The position numbers and the translations under genes are program-made. 64,000 bases of DNA from Eledone cirrhosa (Eukaryota): assembly GCA_964016885.1 (NCBI GenBank), contig OZ024745.1:115940001-116004000 (forward strand). The letters are read 5' to 3'. The notes under the pieces are model-generated. The model saw only the letters and a list, made by a program, of their open reading frames with translations. It searched no databases and was not told where the DNA came from. How positions within the stretch are numbered: position 1 is the first letter of the stretch; each line of letters opens with the position of its first letter. Below are positions 50,931 through 64,000 of the stretch, piece by piece.

Positions 50931-51942
50931 TATGCATATGCACATATGTATATATGTATACTTTTTTTTTAAAAATTATAATCAATGTGCTGTATTAACT
51001 GGCTTACCAATGCTCACTGTGAATTTATTTGCCCTAGGTGTCAGGAAGACACTCGGCATATATCTCAGAAACAATAATGAAAGAAAATAAAAATAATGAT
51101 AATAATAACAAAAATGACTATGAAAAGCAGAATGCGAAATAATCGTAGCAATGTAACAATATACAAACAGATTCATCAAGCAAAATAATGATATATTTGA
51201 AAGATTCCAATCAGACAAGCCACGATAACTAATTAGCAGGCGTATTACATATAAATAAAAACAAAATAGGTAATATTAAGCCATGAGAAGAAATCATAAT
51301 GAGAAAAGAAAATGCGTATAAAAGCTATTTTGGCGTCATGTGGGGAGGAAGATAAAAATACCGATATAAATTCATGCAGAATTGTGATATGAGTGACATC
51401 GTTGATTCAGTAGATTTAGAATAAGAATTGACCTGAGACCTCGAAAGGTATTATAAAAACGTTTTGCTGGTAAATTTTAATTTTCAAAGTAGGTAATTAA
51501 AGCAGAGCGTCAGGTGGCTTATATTAATTATTTAAATAAATTAATATATTTATTTTTTCTTGTTTGTTTGTTTTATATAGACATATATTTCATTTTATTG
51601 TTTAAACCCGCCGGGTATTCATTGAAATTATAAAATTTAATGTCATTAAATATCTGATGTGTGTCTATGAATAAATGATGCTTATTCAAAAGACTATTTT
51701 GTTTACAAATAAGGCAGAAACATATCATCAGAACAATTTTGAGAATAGCTAATCCACAGTTATTTTTCTGATTGTAGCACAAAACCACGAAATTTGGTGG
51801 GAAGGGGGTAGACGTATAATTCCGTTTTATTTATTAGAATTTAGTTTTAAAGAAGTTACTCATTGGTGAGAAACCTTCTGTTATTTGTATTATCTAACGA
51901 TTCCTATATTGCCTACAAAACTTTCAATAACCTTTATTAAAA

Positions 51943-52132
51943 ATAATTGTTTCTACTTTTGGCACAAGGCCGGCGATTACTCAGTACATTACTGGTACTT
52001 TATTTTATCGACCCCGTAAGGATGAAAGGCAAAGTTTACCTCGGCGGGATTTGAACCCAGTCCGTAAAGGGACGTAACTATGCTGCAAAGCATGGTGTCT
52101 GACCCTCTAGCGATACTGCCAATCCACCGCCC
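51943..52132 (-). mobile_element. SINE family A, full-length
   Basis: Consensus match; TTTATTAAAAATAATT flanks both ends (possible target-site duplication). Confidence 0.92.
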
Positions 52133-52940
52133 TTTATTAAAAATAATTAAAAATAATTCTAGTCAACAAGCGAGAAATATCAGCGAAATATCTTTCTACG
52201 AACATTTTCAATCGTTTGAAAACATTCAGAATACATTAGATATGATGCATCATAGTTTTGCTTAATTGGGATTGATTTGTGGTTATACAACCAGCACAAC
52301 AATCTAAACAGCTAAAATGGTTCTAAAATGGTTTATTGAAATGTACTGCCTAGCTAAGGATGTAAAGTTTCCCCTTACATTTGCCCTCTCAATTTTTTTA
52401 GATTTTCATCATTACTTCTCTCACTACCTTTCTCTCTTGTTTTATTTTTTATGTTAATCTTAATGTTTGTTTAAATATTTTCATCATTGTATACTAATGT
52501 TTACTCATAAATATTATTTTCGCTGAACAATTATCTCTGGCGAATTATTCCCAGATCTATGGTAACATCATGATTTTATTATAAGATATGAATTAAATAC
52601 TGATTTCTAGTTCAGGCAAAATGCCAGCAATTAGAGGAAGGGGAGGTTAATGTCAATTAAATCGATACCTGTCCTTGATTAGTACTTTATTTTAGAGACT
52701 CCCGAAAGAATGAAAAGCGAAGATGACCTTAGCGAAATATGTATCGAATTAGGGCAGAACTATGTGAATGCTGTAAAATCCTACTATCTATTCATTTTTA
52801 ATAAATCATTCGTTTTCTAAATCATTTTTCCAGTAATATTTGTATTGCTCTTAGCATATCTATAAAGGGAGGAGTGCGGGACAGCGTCCGTTTTATAAAT
52901 GTTTATCCCGTAAGTAAAATAAACTGGATTACTTTGAATA

Positions 52941-53160
52941 AATAATTGTTTCTACGTTAGGCACAAGGCCAGCAATTAACCAGTACATTACTGGTACTTT
53001 ATTTTATCGACCCCGTAAGGATGAAAGGCAAAGTTAACCTCGGCGGGATTTGAACTCAGAATGGCAAGGGACGATAATTGTTTCTACTTTAGGCACAAGG
53101 CCAGCAATTACCCAGTGCATTACTGGTACTTTATTTTATCGACCCCGTAAGGATGAAAGG
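52941..53160 (-). mobile_element. Two tandem truncated SINE family A copies
   Basis: Core repeated at 52941-53070 and 53075-53160; CTTTGAATAAATAAT flanks both sides of the pair. Confidence 0.9.
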
Positions 53161-55879
53161 CTTTGAATAAATAATGAATGAATATTATGTAATTTATCTA
53201 CTAAATTTCGTAGCTGTTGATTAAACATAAATATTCTTATATATAAAGTATTGCTTATTTTAAAATTCTTTAAAATTTTCAAATGTCAACACTTCCTGTT
53301 AGCGTCCGATATATTATAACACATATTATATCGCTTATATAAACGTTCATATAAACGTTGCATCGTTATATAAGGTTCATATTCACGTCGCTAATTTTCT
53401 CCTTTTTCGTTTTAGTTTATTATATATGCTGTTTACATATAAATCGTCTTTTTTTAATGAATCATGAAATAGCTTACTGATTACAGAAGAGAATGTAACA
53501 GAGACTTCGTTCAATTTCTGTGCGTATTGTCAATTACGATTTCATTTGACGTATCATATCTACATGCATATATATTTGCATATAATATCAATATGCACAC
53601 TACACAATCTATCAGAAAAAACACCCGAAGTGTGGTTTTTTTCATAGTCTAATCTTAATGGGGTTCCCTAAATATATTTAACCGTTTTCCTCTCATTAAA
53701 TGAGTTGAGGGTAATTTGGCTGTTGTTTAGCTTCTCATGTAACGACGCAATGATCCTCCATTTGCTTGTGACGAATAATCCAACGGAATACATCATATTT
53801 TAAATATTTCTGCATGACAAATTATGTAACAAATACTGCAATGTAGAAAACATGATCCAAATCTTATGGATTCATGACTCAGTTTTGATTACTTAATGTT
53901 GCATTACAAACAATTTAATAAAAACATGGGTCTCGGAGTTTATTTTTATCCTACCTCCTTAGGGTTTACCATTGAAGATTATCCTCTATTTTGGAAGTTA
54001 TTTTCTTGAAATGCATATACTTTTAAAAGGTTATCGTTGATTATTTTGGTAGTCAAATTTATTGAAAGGAATACTATGAATATTACTGTAATGCATTTAT
54101 ATGTGAAGTTTTTTAATATTTTTTGCTATTTATATATGCAACAGTAGAGTTAAGAAATATAATATATTGTCTCATTTATGTTTATTCCTGTGGCATTAGC
54201 AGCGTTAGTGAAGTGGATGTGTACCAACCACATCAAAACCAATTTGCAGCCTCTGTTCGACAGTTATACAGTGCTTACTACACTTTAAAACTAAACATTG
54301 ATTGTGTTGAGGTCACAGGTCAAATTCGTATAAGTGAGAAAATGATATTCAAATGCCGTTTTCGAAGACTGTATTTGAAATGGTAAGAATTATTACGTCA
54401 CGAAAATTTGTGATTACCATGGGTGTGACGAACGACCAGCCCATCCCCATCTGCAATAGAAAGATATCAGCCACTTGGTCAGGAGGAAAACAACATATCA
54501 AGCATATGTGGAATTATAAAAAAAGGATATTGAAATAACAAAACAAACATTGCACACATGTATTTAAACTGGAGGTAATAGAAAATATATAAAGCAACTT
54601 GAAACAAACATTACAATCACAGGTAATACTCTGGTATTTTACCGAACCTTCGTATCATTGGTGGATAATGGAACATATCTTATCGAGTCTATTTATTAGT
54701 TCCACACCGGTATCTTAACTGTATAATATAGTACTTCTCACACATTTTTTGAAAATATTATTTCTGTTGCATAGACATTGTTAGTAAAAGCAAATATAAT
54801 AATATTGATGATGATAGCTTTTTTGGAGGTCACTAACGACGTGTAAAAGTGAAATGGCTCGGATTCTGGCTTGAGTTCACCGTTATGCCGTCTTTTACTT
54901 ATAACCGCGATTAAATTTACACTGTTATTAACGTTCCGTTTCAGATTGTTTTTCTAAATATCGTCCTTCAGGTTTTTGACGATATGTCTACACGTGAACT
55001 TAATGTAGGGTTCGTTGTATTCTTAACAAAAACGCCCATGACACCATAGCCATAAATAGGCAATATATATTTCATAAACGTTATTTCCTTTTGGCACATA
55101 TGGAAATGTTAATTACATATACGGATGTAATTTCATATCAGTAAACAGATAAGGAATCGATAATTTAAATATAATGCTCGTGTCATAGTTGGAGAGAGAT
55201 TGGCTCCGATTCCGCCACTGGCACTGAGCTATAGTTTACGCAGTGAAGCATCTCTGGCACTAGATTAATAAATAAGACAAATATTGTGGTTCATTGCTTA
55301 ATGTACATTAAAACGGAAATGTACTCTACTTGATTACAAACCTTCCATTCAGGACTATATAAGAAAAACATTCTGTATGAGATTGGAGCTGCGAGTTTGG
55401 GAATCAAAGTCTGATTAATACCAGTTATATTTAAAGTTAAATAATTCAAATATAGGCTTTTACAAAATAGGGGAAATATCTTACAATCGTCATTAGAAGA
55501 TAATTTTAAGTTCTTAAGTTAATCATTGGTCAGTAGGGTGGCTATAGATGGTCAGACTAAATATCGAGTATGTAAAGCACTTCAGTTGATAGAAATTCAG
55601 ATTAAATTCAAGATCAGCTATATCCATCTCCCATATGAGATTATCAGATATTGTCCATCTTACTTTTTATTAAGGTTGGATATGAATATTGCAAAGGCAG
55701 ATATGCAAGTTTCCTTTGGACAACATCATACAAACGTGCACACCAGTACTCACATTTATATGCGTATACATATACACGTATTACACATGTGTGTTTGTAG
55801 TTACAAAAATATATATGCAAACATACATGGATACATATATATCTGTATGTATCAATCTATCTATCTATCTATCTATCTA

Positions 55880-55959
<80 letters not shown>

Positions 55960-55979
55960 CATACATATATATATGTATG

Positions 55980-56094
<115 letters not shown>

Positions 56095-56109
56095 AATAGA
56101 AAATGAAAG

Positions 56110-56400
56110 ATCAGTGATGCATCTGAACTCAATTTATTGTGTGTTACAATTGTTTTGCCGGCGGACAGCTCGAGACGCGATCATTCGATCATTGTGTGGA
56201 TCTGTCTGATTCTGGACCCGCAGGTTCGAGGACCCGTTTAATATTCTCTCACTGAGAGAATATGCTCCGAAATCATTAGACGTGTCCGTCGAACCTGCAG
56301 GTCCAGAATCAGACAGATCCACACAATGATCGCGTCTCGAGCTGTCCGCCGGCGAAACAAGTGTAACACACAATAAATTGAGTTCAGATGCATCACTGAT
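56110..56400. repeat. Fold-back palindrome (~120-bp arms) with inner hairpin; arms carry GAAA-CAATTG-TA-like hammerhead 3' half
   Basis: 56110-56233 is the reverse complement of 56284-56400 apart from an 8-nt duplication and a few substitutions. Confidence 0.93.
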
Positions 56401-56425
56401 TTTTTTTCTCTATTATATCAAACTC

Positions 56426-56495
56426 TGCTCTGTAAGAGCATAGAGTGCTCAACCGGCATACCGCCTATGGATACATCTTAGCTACCATCAGACAC
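56426..56495. repeat. Copy of module B (also in both arms of the 36.6-37.0 kb palindrome) abutting (CA)n
   Basis: TGCTCTGTAAGA.CATAGAGTGCTCAACCGGCATACCGCCTATGG...GCTAC.ATCAGACAC. Confidence 0.88.
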
Positions 56496-56496
56496 A

Positions 56497-56581
<85 letters not shown>

Positions 56582-56621
56582 TAGAAAGTGAGGTTTTTTT
56601 TACAAAATGAAAAATAACTTT

Positions 56622-56676
<55 letters not shown>

Positions 56677-56702
56677 ACAACAATATGACCCTCCCCAAGA
56701 AT

Positions 56703-56739
<37 letters not shown>

Positions 56740-57547
56740 TAGATAGATAGAAATACACACACACACATGCACATATATAAATAAATATATATATTCCTGT
56801 GTTGACGAACGAAGTATGGAATAATATAAGTACGCTATTGTTATTTTACAAACATCTGTAATACCTTTACAGTGATTGGTCTTGCCATCGATATAAGTCT
56901 ATATGATGTGTATGGTGTATATCATGGCTTGAATCTTCCTTATAATAACACATAGCAGAATCTTCATGTAGGTATCTACTCGGGTGAATACATAATGTAA
57001 TAGGAATAGCTAAAGAACCAAGACGTTTCTCCTTATAGCAAAAACTGGAAAGATGTGGCCTGAGGTATATGTAATCTATCTTGGAAGTATGATGACGAAT
57101 TTTTGCCATTGGTGACTATATCACTCCTCTAACTAGTGACATCACTCCCATCTACAATTAAGTCAATATAATTGTTTCTAATTTAGGCACAAGGCCAGCA
57201 ATTACCCAGTGCATTACTGGTACTTTATTCAATATAATATATAATGAAGTTGCTGATAGTCCATCTGACCACATTTGTTCAGTATCGTGTGGAAACTCGT
57301 GAGAGATGTTCATTTGGTCGATGAAAAGTCCCACAGATTCTTTAATCTGATTCTACGTCACAGAAACAAACGTTAACCAGGACATTTCTTTCACACTCAA
57401 TGATTCACAACGCAAAAGATGATGGGTAGATAGAGAGAGAGAAAGTGAGAGATAAGATTGGGAAAAGTGCAATATTAATGACAGCACTCTAATATGGCCA
57501 CAGGCATCTTGGCTGGAAAGTAATAAATGTGTAAATTATGTATATAC

Positions 57548-57625
<78 letters not shown>

Positions 57626-57640
57626 GTATATACATATATG

Positions 57641-57671
<31 letters not shown>

Positions 57672-57731
57672 GTATATGTATATATATGTATATATGTATA
57701 TGTATATATATATATATGTATATATATGTAC

Positions 57732-57774
<43 letters not shown>

Positions 57775-57831
57775 TATATACATATATATATATACATATA
57801 TATATACATATATATATACATATATATATAC

Positions 57832-58054
<223 letters not shown>

Positions 58055-58055
58055 C

Positions 58056-58086
<31 letters not shown>

Positions 58087-58087
58087 C

Positions 58088-58625
<538 letters not shown>

Positions 58626-58681
58626 CGGTTTCAACACACGTTTTCAGATAAAGAATCTTGCTAAACAAATTCAGAAACGAA

Positions 58682-58819
<138 letters not shown>

Positions 58820-58833
58820 TATCTGTGTGTTTC

Positions 58834-58892
<59 letters not shown>

Positions 58893-60035
58893 GTGTCTGT
58901 GTGTGTGGAGCGTGTGTATATATAGATGTGTGTGTGTCTGTGTCTCTTTGTGCGCACGTGTGTATGTATATATGTTATGTATATACCTCTAGGGCTACAT
59001 ATATCGTATATTATAAACTTCTTTCTGAAGTTCACTCTCATTGACAGTTCTGTAGATAATTTAACTATCTACAGAACTGTCAGTTATAGTCGTCTTCAAA
59101 CTGGCTGATTGTCAACAGATCATGTGTATTAGAACATTTTCTCATGATCAAGAGATTCCGTTTCAATGAAGAAAACATAATCTCGTGCAAAATCACTCCT
59201 GTGTAATGTTTACTATGTTATTCCTGGAGATCCTTATTATTAGTTAAAGTAGAATTGGTGATTACCATATGTTACGGAATGCATGTTTGTACGATTCAAT
59301 AACACTACAACAGCTACAGAAGACTCTAATATACCCCCAAGGTATTAAATTTCTCATTCCTCGGAGCTGATTGAACAACCTCCAATAGCTTCGTTTCTAT
59401 TAGTACACATGTACATTTCAGTATATGATTATGACTGTGTTTGAGAAATGTAAACGAAATTACTTTCCGTTTTCTGATAACACAAACATTATATATGAAA
59501 TCGATTATAACATATATGAACTGCTTTCTAATGGAAATATCATACAGAAATACAATAGAATGGTTGCTGTACAACTATATGCAATCTAGAAACACTGAAG
59601 CAACAGTGAGAGACAGAGATAAGATTAATTCTAAACATTCTAGTTAAAATTGACGGAGAGGTTACAAAATCACCTATACTGCCATAATGAACAGCACCAA
59701 CAGAGAAGATATCATTAAAACATAAATAACAAAGTGACCCAGATTATGAGAATTTGATATTTTCGTTTCCTCCTCATGAATGACATATTCTCCACTGAAT
59801 AAACAAAGTAATGTTGACGATGACCAGTAGAAATATAAAATGTTGAATTTCTAGACTTTTCTTTATGTACTAATGACATAAATGTCCAAGACCTAGAAAT
59901 CATTATGCTCGTCTGAGTAATCCTACATATTGATAGGAAAAAAGCGACTGTAAAAAAATAGACATTGACCCAACGTGTGTATACTGCGTCAGCGTAGGGC
60001 CATGCATTAGTGTAGATATGTATAATCTCATTGAA

Positions 60036-60215
60036 TAATAACTGTTTCTACTTTAGGCACAAGGCCAGCAATTACCCAGTGCATTACTGGTACTTTATTT
60101 TATCGACCCCGTAAGGGTGAAAGGCAAAGTCAACCTCGGCGGGATTTGAACTCGGATCGTAAAGGGACGTAACTATGCTGGAAAGCATGGCGTCCGACCG
60201 TCTACCGATACTGCC
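60036..60215 (-). mobile_element. SINE family A
   Basis: Consensus match; CATTGAATAATAAC on both sides (possible target-site duplication). Confidence 0.92.
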
Positions 60216-60369
60216 ATTGAATAATAACGTTAGCAGATTATAGAAAAGGAAATTGCTGTCTTACAACACTTTGAAGGGCCTGCAATGAATAGATTTAGCA
60301 AAGATCGCATAACCTATATTAACGGCCTTGGTTTAAAAATACGTAGAGCCAATAACATAAATGTTGCAA

Positions 60370-60601
60370 TACTCGTATATGTCAACCTTAAATTACACAC
60401 GAACATTTATAATCTCTGTTACATATTCAATAAATAACTAAATGATATTGCAACTAAATGCTGCCAGCCACCAATCGCTTTAACATATCAATCAACAGCA
60501 TTTGTAGAAGAATCTCTACCTTGTCTTCTAACAAAGAGGACTTCAATAAATCGGCTCTATGCTACAAGAGCGCTTTAGAAAATTGGGGATATAAATACAA
60601 G
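60370..60601 (+). pseudogene. Penelope-like RT thumb/C-terminal fragment
   Basis: NSICRRISTLSSNKEDFNKSALCYKSALENWGYK (60494-60601) resembles I.RRLS.LSS....F.....Y..AL..SGY of PLE RTs. Confidence 0.7.
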
Positions 60602-61185
60602 AATGTCGTTACAATAATTTCTGGTTGACATACCCTACATCTTGACAGTAAATTCTAGTATAGATTAAAGCTGCCTGATACTAGCAGATAAAACGTTCGG
60701 CACTCTCCCAGGAGTCATTCCAACAGAAGTTGTTTTAAAGTAATTTATAATGATAGTTTATTTCTTAACATGAAAATCGGATGCCGAGGTAAAATCAATG
60801 TTGCATTGGCGCTCAACCGGTCTTGCATCGCCGATGTACTAATGTACCAAACCAATGTTACATTTACCAATTCAAGGCTATCAGTCGATAGTAAATATTA
60901 AATAGGAATAGTATAATTGTTCGTTGAACGACTAACACACCAAATATGATACATTCTCCAGCAAGATAAAACAAGTCAACACATCCTTGTCAATTTACGT
61001 ACGGCTTCTGAAAGAAACTAAAGCGGAGCATGCCATTCACAGATTGCAGAAGGTTATGTCATTTACCCACTGCGACGAACGATATACTATATATTATGAA
61101 AGGTTCACTAAAATATTCAAATACAACATCAGGACTTTTTCGCTCTAGATATTGCAAGCCTACTTTACTGTCTAAATCTATATCA

Positions 61186-61345
61186 TCTATATATCTGAAA
61201 CAGAAAATGTCTGTCTGTCTGTCTGACTTCCTAAAACTCGAGAACCACCCAACCGATTGTTTTCAAAGTTTACACATGTAATACTTATGGTCCTGTGAGT
61301 GTTTTGAGCAAGCATAATTCCAAATTTTCAATGCCCTAGGGACCG
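61186..61345 (+). mobile_element. Possible 5' end of a non-autonomous Helitron-like element
   Basis: A|TCTATATAT start, (GTCT)n microsatellite, AACTCGAGAAC..CAACCGATT..TTCAAA.TTTACAC; no clear 3' hairpin-CTAG found. Confidence 0.45.
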
Positions 61346-61666
61346 CATATGCGATTTAGCGATCTCTCTCTATAATTCTTAGTCTTTCTTTTTAGATAGA
61401 TACATAGATATAACGTTGCGCCCTTATAATATATGTCTATATGTCTGGCTGTCTGCATTACGATAGTATGACGTCGCTATATGTGTGTGTGTGTATATAT
61501 GTATATATATAGTGTGTATATATATAGTGTGTATATATATATATATATATTTAGTGTGTAACGTTTTTCGAATTATTTACTTCTGCGTTCACAGATTGAT
61601 TTTTTTATTTTCAGAAGATCCCGGTAAGGGTGAAGGCAGCGATTTTTTTCCTTTAACTTTAATCTG

Positions 61667-61755
<89 letters not shown>

Positions 61756-62800
61756 CTGATAAATTAACGGAGCCATAGACACTCGCTATTCCCTGTCAAT
61801 AATGTGCTCAAATGAGAAGGAATCCTGAGCTCTTTAAAATACAATATGTTGAAAAGTTAACACACTTTTTCCCTTGTTTTATTGATAGCGCACTGTATCA
61901 CTGTATCTAATGAAGCTATTGGATGCAGAGATTCATTTTCTTCACTATACAACGTCTTGCAGGATGACATTTTTCCAACACCGTCATTGAAACAACTGTA
62001 CGTGTATTTTGTCGGATGATCCTATGGTCTTTCGGTAATATTTCTTTTGGGGTGAATATAAAAACGTCTGGCAACACCTGAAATTATCAGATTCGTTGAT
62101 TACATGCACCCCTTATTTCACGGAGAGTTTACACCTGATATTTACTTTGACAGGGAGCTGTGACCATACCACATTCCAGGACCCACGTGATAGGTGGAAA
62201 TGAAGAAAGCAGTTAAAGAGTTAAAGTTACCCAAGAAGCAGTTGTCGGTGTTGAACCAGATGACAATTTATGTATACGACTCTTGTCACGTGAACCTTAT
62301 ATGAAATTAGATATACATGACATAAATATTTTATACACATCTATATTTTAAATACACACGTATATATTTATATATTATTATACACGCACATATATATTTA
62401 TATACACAAAGTATGCATATATGTATATATACATATACATGTATAATACACACACTCACACGCTCACGAGCGCACAAACTCATTGTTTCCTTCTCTCTCA
62501 CAAACCAACAAACCCACATATGTATATGTTTGTGTGTGTGACAGCTACATTTTCAACTGGACTTACATAACGTTGGTCGTATAAAATAACATAAAAATTA
62601 ATCGAACCTTTTTAGTAAATCTCCAAATGTGTTCCTTCGATAAGTGTACCATGGATTTGAAGAAAGTCTTGCCCATCTGTAACAAAGAGCATATGAACAA
62701 ACACAAAGATTAAATAAATATCAGTCTAACAGTTTATACCTTCCTTATGGATGGGATTACAATCACCTTATATTATACTAAGATATACATAGGGTACATG

Positions 62801-62879
<79 letters not shown>

Positions 62880-62931
62880 GCATATATATATGTATGTGTG
62901 TATGTAAGTATGTATACATATATAAATATAT

Positions 62932-62963
<32 letters not shown>

Positions 62964-63784
62964 TTTTTTTTATATATATATACATGCGGAAATTATAAGC
63001 CAGGTTATAAGATGTACGTGGTTAATTTCCCCTCTCCGTGTTTATATAGATAGAGTGAAATGTACAATACGTTTAGTTATTCAAATTCCATCATTACCTT
63101 GTAACGAACATTATGTATATCCTTATAGTAATAATATGGAAAATCATTGATAAAGGTAAACTTTTTCAAGGGTTGAAATAATCTTATATACAGTATATAG
63201 ATATTCTCTATGATGTGATACATAATTAAAGTTGCCTACTATTTAACATCTATGTCTACATATGCCTATAGTTTATTGTAGATAATGCATGGTATTGATC
63301 CAGTCATACCGCTAATATATGTATGCTCTGTACTGAGCATTGCAATATATTTTGATCGAGTTGATTGAATATATTTACTCTATAGAATCCATGATCCTTC
63401 GGCTCTTGTACTTGCTCATTGTACAGAGCACACATACATTGTGGATAAAGATTAATGCAAGAAAACTTCCAAATAGACAGCAAATAGCTCATGTATAGTT
63501 ATTGCTGAGGGAATCATAAAACCATTACACATATTATATAATGGTATCATCAGCCTCTGTTGAATCAGCGAGAGTTATCGCTCTTCCTAGGCAAAATATT
63601 GATTGTAGACACATTTGTTTAAGAGAAATTAGATATATGAGATCTCAAACCTCATCACTAATATTCTTTCCAAATTACCACCCGCCAGGTATAGATCAGT
63701 GCGTCTTTCCAATAAAACTTTTTTTTATTTCACACAATGAAAAACGAAACTTTTCTGAACACCTGTCTAATTCATAGTGTATCG

Positions 63785-64000
63785 TAAGTCCCCTTCAGCC
63801 ATGGATTACAATGGTTTTGCACCTAGAAAGCCCCTCTCCTAGGCCTGGGCATGGTTTGTAGGTGGAGGACCAGCAGTCACCTATACATGCAAGTTTTATC
63901 TTTCCATGCCACAAATGTTGTCCAAGGGAAAGACAAGGGCCGGTACGGCTTGGCTCAAGTGACGTTGCAACTCATTTCTGCAACTGAGTGAACTGGAGTA
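63785..64000 (-). mobile_element. SINE family B, runs off the window end
   Basis: Reverse complement aligns with 8037-8255 (GCACCTAGAAAG, GTTGTCCAAGGGAAA, GCAACTCATTTCT). Confidence 0.8.

Overview
This is AT-rich, microsatellite-saturated eukaryotic DNA, almost all intergenic or intronic. The tRNA-derived SINE families and (TA)n/(CA)n/(GA)n load suggest a cephalopod such as Octopus, which is inference only. One convincing host coding exon is visible (39381-39591, minus strand); it encodes a 12-cysteine peptide with two tandem C-C-CC-C-C (knottin-like) units. The rest is transposon-derived: about 20 SINE copies, a 75-bp minisatellite grown from a SINE end, three stacked R4/Dong-type LINEs in (TAA)n, a 5'-inverted RTE LINE, other RTE/CR1 fragments, mariner pieces and three Penelope-like (PLE) ORF fragments. 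The most striking structure not shown in the ORF track is a dense set of at least 12 minimal type I hammerhead-ribozyme motifs (CUGANGA-helix II-GAAA-short, often palindromic helix III-UH). Several sit in 120-440 bp fold-back palindromes anchored in (TA)n tracts, and the inversion points coincide with ribozyme helix II or the predicted cleavage site. All alignments and folds were done by eye; most listed ORFs are microsatellite artefacts.
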